Of a stretch of DNA of 14,358 bases, positions 6,789 through 14,049 are shown one piece after another. This stretch comes from a virus. The stretch's first letter is position 1. Every line of letters starts with the position of its first letter. Made by a program: the position numbers and the translations under genes. The notes under the pieces were generated by a model. It made no database searches and had not been told where the DNA came from. It was given only the letters and a program-made list of their open reading frames with translations. The stretch lies in the IMG/VR virus record IMGVR_UViG_3300001130_000004, one strand, 5' to 3'.

Positions 6789-6903
6789 ATTACCTCCTAC
6801 CACATGAATACTATTCAGTTAAGGGATTGCACCAAGAAAAGGAAAAGATTAAAGATTAGCACTATAAAGAGTATTACTATAATAATCACTATTCTTGTAA
6901 GAC
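6789..6903. repeat. Left arm of a large imperfect inverted repeat in the divergent control region.
   Basis: The reverse complement of 6789-6903 aligns with 7168-7297 at roughly 70-75% identity by eye. Exact blocks are attacctcctacc (6789-6801) versus ggtaggaggtaat (7285-7297), and taatcactattcttgta (6883-6899) versus tacaagaatagtgatta (7084-7100). The arm contains the tandem AAGATTA AAGATTA. Confidence 0.85.
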
Positions 6904-7167
6904 TACTTAGCAACTATTCAGCTGAATTGGCTTACTGAATACCACCTATTTAGACCTCTTACTAATACCATTATTTACTATTATAACATTTAGTGAGTAT
7001 ATTAATTCCTGTAAGCCTTACACAGCATAGGTTTGAACTCGTATTCTATAAGAGAACTAATACTTTTATATATAAGAAACACCTACAAGAATAGTGATTA
7101 CTTTAATAATATTTTACTAAAAATACTTTCATCTTTGCAGACTTCCAGTAAGAGTCTCTTACATATA

Positions 7168-7297
7168 TTCCTACAAGAATGACAGTATTACTATTAATAC
7201 TCTTTTATTGCATCTTTAATCTTTTTCTTTTAATCCCTTTCTTTTTAGTGCAATCTTTTATTACTTTAACATATTGTTTGGGTAGGTAGGAGGTAAT
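7168..7297. repeat. Right arm of the large imperfect inverted repeat. A partial third copy lies at 7083-7135.
   Basis: See the left arm. CTACAAGAAT occurs as a direct repeat at 7083-7092 and 7171-7180, and inverted as TTACAAGAAT at 6891-6900. Shared blocks are AATACTCTTT, ATCTTTAATCTTTT, GTGCAATC and GGTAGGAGGTAAT. Confidence 0.85.
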
Positions 7298-7354
7298 TAT
7301 TACACATTGTTACATATAGACCTATAATATAGTAAGTAGAATGTTATAAATCAC

Positions 7355-7382
7355 TTGACAGTTGTGTAAAGTATTGTATAAT
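7355..7382 (+). promoter_or_regulatory. Consensus sigma70-type promoter (rightward) for the long + strand operon.
   Basis: TTGACA (7355-7360), a 16-nt spacer, then TATAAT (7377-7382), about 85 nt upstream of the RHH gene. The flanks resemble the leftward promoter in mirror image: (G/A)ATGT(A/T)ATAA(-/A)TC..TTGACA and TATAATAG(G/A)G. Confidence 0.8.
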
Positions 7383-7465
7383 AGAGGAATAGGGTTACGA
7401 ATACTAAGTAGTTCAGGAGTGTCCTATTTAGTACCTATGCAAACAATAGCTTATAAGAGGTGTAT

Positions 7466-7645
7466 ATGAAATACGAAATAGATGGTGAAGAAGTATATAA
7501 TAATAACAAACTGATTAGACGTAGATTCTACCTGAGTAAAGAAAGTATGGACTACCTCAATCAGATTACTATTGAACAAGATTTAGCTCCTAGTGTTTTG
7601 TTAGATGAAATACTAAAGAAGTTAGCAGAGAAGCGGAGAGGGTAG
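7466..7645 (+). CDS. Ribbon-helix-helix (CopG/Arc-like) DNA-binding protein, probably a transcriptional regulator.
   Basis: The ATG at 7466 lies 5 nt after AGAGG, and the 7460 start in the ORF track is a GTG. The layout is beta-strand (RRRFYLS), helix (KESMDYLNQI), helix (APSVLLDEILKKLAE), about 59 aa in total. It is the first gene after the promoter. Confidence 0.6.
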   Translation: MKYEIDGEEVYNNNKLIRRRFYLSKESMDYLNQITIEQDLAPSVLLDEILKKLAEKRRG

Positions 7646-7717
7646 CAGCATGGCTACTATGTTCTAGTACAAGGTAGTGTGGTACTTTAACAACTTATTT
7701 AAGCAGTACAAACAACA

Positions 7718-7741
7718 GCCCTCTATATGAGGGTTTTTCTT
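7718..7741 (+). terminator. Short hairpin plus T-run, a candidate attenuator or early terminator after the RHH gene.
   Basis: GCCCTC (7718-7723), loop TATAT, GAGGGT (7729-7734), followed by TTTTTCTT. The stem has only 5 G/C-rich pairs plus one G.U pair, so it may be leaky. Confidence 0.45.
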
Positions 7742-7762
7742 ATGCCTACAGAGGTGAATTAT

Positions 7763-8269
7763 ATGTCAGTAATATTTGATGGTAAAGGTTTTAAAGCTGA
7801 GAAGCTGTGTGTTAAACAATTTAATGGTACTTTGTTAAGTGCTAAGTCTTTCCAGTATAGAGACATAGACTGTTATGTCAAGAATAAGAAAGGTAAACAA
7901 TATACAGCTAGTGTTAAAGACCAAACTTATTCAATGAAGCAAGGCTATGACACTATACAAATAGAGCTTAAACAAACTAATACCAGAAACAATAGTAGTA
8001 TTCAAGGGTGCTTTAGAAAGAATGAGAGTGACTTGTACTTTTGGCTAGTGTGGTATGAAGGTAAAGCTCAGTGGTTCTTATGTGAGAGTAAGAAGCTAAA
8101 GAAGTATGTTGATGCCAATCTTAGCACACTAAGAACATGGACTACAAGTAGTAAGACAGAAGAAAAGAATAGAAACTACAGACGCACCTATGACCGTTCA
8201 GAGGGTGTAATGATTAACATGGCTGCCTTATTAACAATAGGAGCTTTAAAGCCACTAGAGGGGCAATAG
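7763..8269 (+). CDS. Hypothetical protein (168 aa) with a possible PD-(D/E)xK nuclease-like motif.
   Basis: The ATG at 7763 lies 6 nt after GAGGTG. The 7727 start in the ORF track lies inside the hairpin loop and has no SD. Motif candidates are KAEK..., DIDCYV, VKDQ-x14-IELK. The C-terminus is basic. No family was recognised with confidence. Confidence 0.5.
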   Translation: MSVIFDGKGFKAEKLCVKQFNGTLLSAKSFQYRDIDCYVKNKKGKQYTASVKDQTYSMKQGYDTIQIELKQTNTRNNSSIQGCFRKNESDLYFWLVWYEGKAQWFLCESKKLKKYVDANLSTLRTWTTSSKTEEKNRNYRRTYDRSEGVMINMAALLTIGALKPLEGQ

Positions 8270-8273
8270 GAGT

Positions 8274-8510
8274 ATGTACGAGAAAGTTACAGACATACCG
8301 CTACACGTATTTAACAATAAAGAATGCACTAAAACACCAAGCCCAAAGTTGCGAGAGTACCTTAACTATATGCTAACTAATCACCCCAATGACTTAGATT
8401 ACCTTTGGCGTTACACACAACAGTATGTAAAGCATGGTGGTTGCTACTATATTTCATTTAAAGATTGGCTCAATAAACTAACCAAAGACTTAACTAAGCA
8501 GGAGGAATAA
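8274..8510 (+). CDS. Hypothetical protein (78 aa).
   Basis: The ORF is tightly packed between its neighbours. AGGAG lies only 1 nt from the ATG, which is suboptimal spacing, so the start is uncertain. No motif was recognised. Confidence 0.5.
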   Translation: MYEKVTDIPLHVFNNKECTKTPSPKLREYLNYMLTNHPNDLDYLWRYTQQYVKHGGCYYISFKDWLNKLTKDLTKQEE

Positions 8511-8511
8511 T

Positions 8512-9819
8512 GTGGCGAACACTAAGCAGCAATCACAACCTCTCCACGTAGAGAACACAGCATTAATTTTAGGCAAGAAAGACCTAAATGTCAACAACGC
8601 ATTCCACACTTACCGAGAGATGAAACTAGATGGTATTGTTTCAGGCTCTATGTCTTTCATTAAAGCTATTCTCTCTAAAGGTAATTTTGTTATTCCTTAC
8701 CATGCAAAGAGTTCAGCAAGAGAGAAGAAAGTAATTGATGCACTCAACGTCTCCTTAGACAATATGGAAGATTACGACAAGAAACGACAAGTAAGTAACT
8801 GGCTACAGATGCTAGATTATGGTTGCTCACTTAATGAGGTTGTCTGTAAACGTAAAGATGGCATATTCGTATTCGACACAATCACTCCTATTCACCTTAG
8901 CTCAGTTAATCGCTTTGAGATGAAAGGTGGCAAACTAAAGAGTCTTAAACTAGATGCACCTGACAACGATGGATTACTTGTTGATGTTGACAATGCACCT
9001 AAGACACTTAAAGGGGAGAAGGTCTTATTCTTTAGGCTAGAACCTGACAGTGATTTTCCTTTAGGTAAGAGTTTACTTTATGGTGCATACACAGCATGGA
9101 AAACTAAGAAGATTTTACAAGAGTATGAAGCTATTGGTGTTGCTAAAAACCTCAGTGGTGTACTAGATGTAAAAGTCCCTAGTGAATACATTAATAAATA
9201 CTTTGAAGATGCAACAAGTAATGAAGCAATATTTGTTAACTCACTAATCAACCAAGCTGAAATGTTACATGCAGGTAAAGGTTCTTATATTCTAAGTGCT
9301 AGTGACACCAACCAAAATGGTAAACCTCTCTTTGACATAACTACTGTAGGTGGTGGTGGTGGTAATGCTCAGAACTATAATGTTGGTCAAGCTATTGCTC
9401 GTTACAACCAAGAAATTCAGCTGTCATTACAAACAACTGTACTTAGTATGGGTGCTGACGGTTCAGGTTCACTAGCTCTTAGTAACGACATGGTAAACTT
9501 AATGGCTCTATTCGTAGAGAACATTCAAAAGGTTATTAGTTCAGAATTTAAGAAAGCTATTCGTATTGCTTTTGAACTTAACGGGTTAGGTTCAGAGAAT
9601 ATTCCTGAATTAGTTTGGGACAAAGTACAACCTTTGTCATGGGACGACTTCACTAAAGGCTGGCAGCGTCTTATTCAGGCAGGTGGTGTTACCCCTACAG
9701 AAGATTTAGAAGCGTTCTTACGTGGTGTAGGTGAAGCTCCTGATGCTGACTACAATAAACGATTAGAGACTGAGACTAAAGCAGACCCCAATGAGAGAGT
9801 AGGAGACAAGACACTATGA
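8512..9819 (+). CDS. Portal protein (Mu gp29/DUF935-like by pattern).
   Basis: The GTG start lies 6 nt after GGAGG (8501-8505). The protein is 435 aa and sits at the head of the portal-scaffold-decoration-capsid module. The N-terminal pattern YREMKLDGIVSGSMSFIKAIL...FVIP and the C-terminal TPTEDLEAFLRGVG resemble portal families from memory. Not verified by search. Confidence 0.7.
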   Translation: MANTKQQSQPLHVENTALILGKKDLNVNNAFHTYREMKLDGIVSGSMSFIKAILSKGNFVIPYHAKSSAREKKVIDALNVSLDNMEDYDKKRQVSNWLQMLDYGCSLNEVVCKRKDGIFVFDTITPIHLSSVNRFEMKGGKLKSLKLDAPDNDGLLVDVDNAPKTLKGEKVLFFRLEPDSDFPLGKSLLYGAYTAWKTKKILQEYEAIGVAKNLSGVLDVKVPSEYINKYFEDATSNEAIFVNSLINQAEMLHAGKGSYILSASDTNQNGKPLFDITTVGGGGGNAQNYNVGQAIARYNQEIQLSLQTTVLSMGADGSGSLALSNDMVNLMALFVENIQKVISSEFKKAIRIAFELNGLGSENIPELVWDKVQPLSWDDFTKGWQRLIQAGGVTPTEDLEAFLRGVGEAPDADYNKRLETETKADPNERVGDKTL

Positions 9820-10175
9820 AAATCTTAGACCCTAATAACTTTGTAGACCAAATGAGGTTAAACACTGGGGACTTCCAAGAAGATGAGTTGTATTTAGATG
9901 ATGCAATCTATGTTCACTTCTATAGCCAATCAGGTAATAGTGTTATTGATGGTTCTATTCTGGCTCTTGAAGCTATTATTGCTAACATTGCACTGTCCCC
10001 TAGTAAGTGGCATATAGGAGAGGCAGGAGAGACAGCTCCAAGAGTAGTAGAACTTAACTCTAGGCTAATAGCACTCACACAACGTAAGACTAACAACAAA
10101 ATACCTATACTGATTAGGTCAGACCGTAAATCATGGTGTGACTTTGACAAGGTGTTTGGTGCTGAATATAAATAA
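9816..10175 (+). CDS. Hypothetical head or connector-associated protein (119 aa).
   Basis: An ATGA overlap with the portal stop suggests translational coupling. It lies between the portal and scaffold genes. No motif was recognised. Confidence 0.55.
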   Translation: MKILDPNNFVDQMRLNTGDFQEDELYLDDAIYVHFYSQSGNSVIDGSILALEAIIANIALSPSKWHIGEAGETAPRVVELNSRLIALTQRKTNNKIPILIRSDRKSWCDFDKVFGAEYK

Positions 10176-10192
10176 GAGGCAAGGTAGACATT

Positions 10193-10588
10193 ATGAGTAA
10201 GAAAGAAAAAGAAAAAGACAATAAAGACAAAGAAACTAAAAGCCTATTTGACAAGATTTTTAGTTCTAGCACAAAGAAAGCAGAAAGCAACAACGCTACC
10301 CTAGAAGCTAATGTTAAAGCTAAGCTAAAAACTTTGGTTTATGATGACGATGTAGTTACTGAGTTACTTCCTGCCTTTATGAAACTTCATGCGACAGAGG
10401 GTTTTAATACTGTTTATGAACTCCTTGAAGCTAAAGAGAAACAAATTGAAGCCATTAGTGGCGGTGATTGGTTCAAGCAAGAGAGTGACCCCACTAAAAA
10501 GGAGAATGGCAATGATGAAGATTTAGAGGATGATGGAATAGACGCTGTAGACGAACTACTTAAACAAAAATACAATGAGGCAAAATAA
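10193..10588 (+). CDS. Scaffolding-like protein (131 aa).
   Basis: The protein is highly charged (Lys-rich N-terminus, Asp/Glu-rich C-terminus) and looks helical. It lies between the portal and the decoration/capsid genes. The assignment rests on position and composition. Confidence 0.5.
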   Translation: MSKKEKEKDNKDKETKSLFDKIFSSSTKKAESNNATLEANVKAKLKTLVYDDDVVTELLPAFMKLHATEGFNTVYELLEAKEKQIEAISGGDWFKQESDPTKKENGNDEDLEDDGIDAVDELLKQKYNEAK

Positions 10589-10589
10589 C

Positions 10590-10901
10590 ATGGCTATGAT
10601 TCAAACTATTGGTACTAAAGAAGATTTCTTAGTTCAAATGAACGGTGACTATAACACTGCTTTTGATGAACTTTCTATTACTGTTGCAGGTACTTCAGGT
10701 GACGTGATTACTGTGAGTGCTGGTGTATTCGGTATTCTTGCTGACACTAAAGAAGCAGGTGCAGAAATTGTACGTGTATTAGTACGAGGTAACCCCACTA
10801 CTGTTAATGCTCAAGCTATTAACTTTGGTTCTTTAGCTGCCCCAGCTACGACTACAGCTCTAGCAAAACAAGGCATCATCTTAGTAAACAAAACTAAATA
10901 A
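10590..10901 (+). CDS. Head decoration protein, lambda gpD-like.
   Basis: It lies directly upstream of the gpE-like capsid gene, as in lambda. The size is about 103 aa. The GVFGILAD core and the QGIILV C-terminus resemble gpD (AAVGILAVAAD ... GTAISIV). I prefer the ATG at 10590, 9 nt after GAGG and 1 nt after the upstream stop. The ORF-track start at 10575 is the alternative. Confidence 0.6.
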   Translation: MAMIQTIGTKEDFLVQMNGDYNTAFDELSITVAGTSGDVITVSAGVFGILADTKEAGAEIVRVLVRGNPTTVNAQAINFGSLAAPATTTALAKQGIILVNKTK

Positions 10902-10927
10902 ACTAAACAATTAAGGAAAATATATAA

Positions 10928-11929
10928 ATGGCTATTCTAAACAACAGTGAAGTAGTAGACCGTACCAGTGCAATCGAGCGTATTCCTTTTGAGAATGGTT
11001 TGATTGGTTCATTGGGCTTGTACCGCACAGAAGTAATTCGTACTGACACACTAACCTTTGATGTACGTGAAAATAGTTTTGCTATTCTTGATGACCATCT
11101 ACGTAACGTAGCACAAAAGAACTCAACCTCAGATGTTCCTTTCAAGATGCACACCCTACCAGTACCACATTACCCTGTTGTTAAAACTCTAGGTCGTGAG
11201 AAGCTAGCTGGTGTACGTGGCTTTGACAAAGAAAGTGAAGTAATTATTGGTAATGCTATTGCTAGTGAGTTAGAAGTACAAGCAACACGACATGATGTGC
11301 ATGAAGAATACTTAAAAGCTCAAATGACTGTTAATGGTATTGTAGTTACAAACAACTATGGTACTTTCAACATGGCTACTGAGTTCGGTGTAGCTCGTCC
11401 TAGTCAAGTAGTTAACCCTACTTCTGTACTAGTTGATTTACAAGCTGCTATGAGTACCTCTAAAGCCAACTTGAAAACTGGTGGTCGTGTTGCAGGTTAC
11501 GTATTACTAGCTAGTCCGGCAGTGTGGAATGCACTAATTCAATCACCTGATGTTGCCCAAGCTTACCAATTTTCACAGTCAGGTATGAACCCATTACGTA
11601 ATGAGCTAGGTACTGTAGCTAATGGTTACAGCATGTTCCGCTTCGGTAACATTGACATTGTGCTGTATGATGATGCCTTCCAAGACAAAGATGGTAACAC
11701 TCTTACTGTCCTTGAAGATGGTAAAGGTGTACTAGTTCCACGTACTCAGTTGGGTGCTGTAGTTTACGCCCCTGCTTCTACTCTTAGTGGTTTAGGTAAA
11801 GTAGGTTCTAAGCGTTTCGCTCAAACTTACCGTGACCCTAAAGACCGTTTCGTTGAGGTAGAAAGTGAACAGTCTACTTTAGTAATTAATGAACAGTTCA
11901 GTGCTAGTGTTGAAATTACTCTAGTCTAA
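10928..11929 (+). CDS. Major capsid protein, lambda gpE-like family.
   Basis: The protein is 333 aa. The C-terminal half parallels gpE: YSMFRFGNIDIVLYDD...LEDGKGVLVP...YAP...RFAQTYRDPKDRFVEVESEQSTLVI versus gpE YKGMYGDVAIVVYSG...LPDNTMVLG...YPKNWVTTGDPAREFTMIQSAPLML. It follows a gpD-like gene and is followed by a strong terminator. Confidence 0.75.
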   Translation: MAILNNSEVVDRTSAIERIPFENGLIGSLGLYRTEVIRTDTLTFDVRENSFAILDDHLRNVAQKNSTSDVPFKMHTLPVPHYPVVKTLGREKLAGVRGFDKESEVIIGNAIASELEVQATRHDVHEEYLKAQMTVNGIVVTNNYGTFNMATEFGVARPSQVVNPTSVLVDLQAAMSTSKANLKTGGRVAGYVLLASPAVWNALIQSPDVAQAYQFSQSGMNPLRNELGTVANGYSMFRFGNIDIVLYDDAFQDKDGNTLTVLEDGKGVLVPRTQLGAVVYAPASTLSGLGKVGSKRFAQTYRDPKDRFVEVESEQSTLVINEQFSASVEITLV

Positions 11930-11947
11930 TATTAGCCAATTACGGCA

Positions 11948-11979
11948 GGGGGATTGCTTAATTGCAGTCCCCCTTTTTT
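11948..11979 (+). terminator. Rho-independent terminator downstream of the capsid gene.
   Basis: GGGGGATTGC (11948-11957), loop TTAATT, GCAGTCCCCC (11964-11973), giving a 10-bp stem with one G.U pair. A T6 run follows (11974-11979). Confidence 0.85.
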
Positions 11980-12006
11980 ATATGTCAAACCTATAGAGGA
12001 TTCAAC

Positions 12007-13587
12007 ATGGCAATAGTAGCTAAGAGAGTGACTAAAAAGAGGGTTGCAGCACCTAAAAAGAAAGAGGCCTTTGTAGCTGAGAAGAATAAAGGTGGTAGAC
12101 CTGTAGTACAAAAAGACTTCACCTTCAATATTGACCAAGACCTTCTAAAGAGTGGTATAACAATACATGCACCACTTAGTATTAAACAAGAGACTTACCT
12201 AAACGACACAGAGAATGATGTAATTGTATGGGGTGGTGCAGCGTCAGCAGGTAAGACACAGCTGTCACTACTGCAACTAATGCTTAATGGTATGTATGAC
12301 AAGGACTACGTTGGTGGTATTGCTAGACAGTCTATTAAACAGATGAAAATGGCGGGTTCATTATGGTCTACAGGAGTAAAACTATTCTCCCCCTATGGCA
12401 TTACAAGTAATAAGATTGAGAACACATGGGCTTTCCCTAGTGGTGCTGAAGTAAAGTGTCATTACTTAGATGGTAACACTGATGATTGGCATGGTTCACA
12501 GATGACACAAGCACTAGTAGATGAAGCACAGCAATGTAAAGAAGATGATGTGTGGTTCTTAACCTCCCGACTACGTTCTATGAGTAAACAGAAGCACCAA
12601 TTAAGACTAACCTGTAACCCCCTTAGTACGTCATTCCTCGCGTCTTGGCTAACTAAAGCAGGGTATATAGGTGAAGACGGTTTCCCACTACCTGAGAGGG
12701 ATGGTAAGACCACCTACCTACTACAAGTAGAGGGTGACTTAACATGGTATGAGACTTATGCAGACATGGTAGAAGCTGTGGGTGCTGAACAAGCTAAGTT
12801 CTCTATGAAGTTTGTATTCTATTCAGCTAACGTCTATGACAACCCCTATGTTAGAAAGCACTTACCTCAATACGTGCATAAACTAGAGAACCAAAGCACT
12901 GTCAACAGAGCTAGGTACTTGTTAGGTAACTGGACTGTAAGGGAAGAGAGTGATGGTTATATAGACCGTGATTGGTTCAAAGAGATTGCACTAAGAAATG
13001 TTCCTCACAACCTGCCTGATGTTAGAGCCTATGACTTAGCATCAACTAAACCCCATGCTGCTAACAAGAACCCTGATTGGACAAGAGGTGTTAAAGCTAA
13101 GTATGACAAAGAGACAGGTATATTTTATATAGTTGACATGGTAGGTATAAGAGACACCCCTGCTATGGTGCAAGCACTAATAGAGAACACAGCCAGTAGT
13201 GATGGCAGAGAGTGTTACATCTCTATTCCTGTAGATGCTGGTGGTTCTGGTGTTATTGTAGCAGACCAAAAGAAAGGTAGGTTGTCTACTATGGGCTACA
13301 AAGTAATCCTAGACAAGACACGCAAAGGTAAGTTAGCGCGAGCTGAACCATTTCTTATAGCATTACAAGAGGGGAAGGTCTACTTAGTACAAAGTGTATT
13401 TAGTACAGCGAACCTTACAGAATTAGAAAGTTTTGATGGTGGCAGGAACTCAGGACAACATGACGACATTATAGATGCTATTGCTTCTTGCTTTAATGCA
13501 CTGAATGGCAATAGTTTAATACCAACAATTAGAATGGCTAACCTTAGTGCAGACAAATTAAGATTAGGTGGGAGTACCTTACTATGA
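12007..13587 (+). CDS. terL: Terminase large subunit with a ~50-aa basic N-terminal extension.
   Basis: The ATG at 12007 lies 6 nt after AGAGGA. The TTG at 11962 in the ORF track sits inside the terminator hairpin. Walker A is GGAASAGKT (about 12232-12258) and Walker B is ALVDEAQQ. The C-terminal nuclease-type motif is GQHDDIIDAIA. The N-terminus is MAIVAKRVTKKRVAAPKKKEAFVAEKNKGGRPV. Confidence 0.9.
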   Translation: MAIVAKRVTKKRVAAPKKKEAFVAEKNKGGRPVVQKDFTFNIDQDLLKSGITIHAPLSIKQETYLNDTENDVIVWGGAASAGKTQLSLLQLMLNGMYDKDYVGGIARQSIKQMKMAGSLWSTGVKLFSPYGITSNKIENTWAFPSGAEVKCHYLDGNTDDWHGSQMTQALVDEAQQCKEDDVWFLTSRLRSMSKQKHQLRLTCNPLSTSFLASWLTKAGYIGEDGFPLPERDGKTTYLLQVEGDLTWYETYADMVEAVGAEQAKFSMKFVFYSANVYDNPYVRKHLPQYVHKLENQSTVNRARYLLGNWTVREESDGYIDRDWFKEIALRNVPHNLPDVRAYDLASTKPHAANKNPDWTRGVKAKYDKETGIFYIVDMVGIRDTPAMVQALIENTASSDGRECYISIPVDAGGSGVIVADQKKGRLSTMGYKVILDKTRKGKLARAEPFLIALQEGKVYLVQSVFSTANLTELESFDGGRNSGQHDDIIDAIASCFNALNGNSLIPTIRMANLSADKLRLGGSTLL

Positions 13588-14048
13588 GTAGGAAAGGATT
13601 ATTTAGAACGCATGTAGCTTTCGTAGCTATAGGTGCAGTGTTTGTAGATGGTGAGAGTGTACCTACTATGTCTAATGTAGTTTGGACTAAGGGAAACCTA
13701 CAACCATTTAAGCAAGGTATTACTATAGTTACTACAGAGGTAGGGGACAGGTTTAAAGACTGGCGTACACTTTATGTCAAGAAGATGCCTGAAATAGTAG
13801 GTTCAAATGATGAATATGCCCCACCAGTAATTACTTACTTTGTCTACAACAACTCGTGGTATAAGATTAGCTCAGAACAAGATTGGACTATTCAAGGCAG
13901 AGGGGTAAAACACTATAAGATTATAGCTCAGAAATCAGTTAAACCTGATGGTGTGGAATTACCACAAGCCATAGGTGAAATAGCTCAAGACTTTGAGATT
14001 GCTATAGCTGAACTTAACCAAACAACTAAACTACTAGGAAACAAATAA
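13584..14048 (+). CDS. Hypothetical virion protein (154 aa), possibly a head-tail adaptor or connector.
   Basis: An ATGA overlap with the TerL stop suggests coupling. It lies immediately upstream of the tail-fibre gene. The call is positional only, with no motif recognised. Confidence 0.45.
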   Translation: MSRKGLFRTHVAFVAIGAVFVDGESVPTMSNVVWTKGNLQPFKQGITIVTTEVGDRFKDWRTLYVKKMPEIVGSNDEYAPPVITYFVYNNSWYKISSEQDWTIQGRGVKHYKIIAQKSVKPDGVELPQAIGEIAQDFEIAIAELNQTTKLLGNK

Positions 14049-14049
14049 T

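Noticed and set aside
6804-6938. A 44-aa + strand ORF (MNTIQLRDCTKKRKRLK...) inside the left inverted-repeat arm.
   Set aside because: No SD precedes it; the upstream sequence is the CCTCC complement. It has no counterpart with preserved coding potential in the right arm, and its composition simply reflects AT-rich DNA.
6742-7354. DnaA boxes (TTATNCACA) that would define a host-DnaA-dependent origin.
   Set aside because: I found only poor matches with two or more mismatches, for example TTATTACACA at 7297-7306. There is no support for DnaA boxes, so the ori hypothesis rests on the repeats and context only.
7727-7762. The ATG at 7727 as the start of the 180-aa ORF.
   Set aside because: This ATG sits in the loop of the hairpin/T-run element and has no SD. 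The ATG at 7763 follows GAGGTG.
9920-10150. A 76-aa minus-strand ORF inside the 119-aa + strand gene.
   Set aside because: It is a shadow ORF fully antisense to a well-packed, translationally coupled + strand gene. It has no SD or promoter, and its composition is low-complexity Leu/Ser.
10903-11154. An 83-aa minus-strand ORF overlapping the start of the capsid gene.
   Set aside because: It is antisense to the gpE-like capsid gene and lacks any SD or promoter signal.
11962-12006. A TTG-initiated N-terminal extension of TerL (MQSPFFICQTYRGFN).
   Set aside because: This start lies inside the stem-loop of the capsid terminator. The ATG at 12007 has AGAGGA at proper spacing.
11932-12138. A 68-aa minus-strand ORF overlapping the TerL 5' end and the terminator.
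   Set aside because: It is antisense to TerL, spans the terminator hairpin and has no SD.
12462-12713. An 83-aa minus-strand ORF inside TerL.
   Set aside because: It is antisense to the strongly supported TerL ATPase domain.
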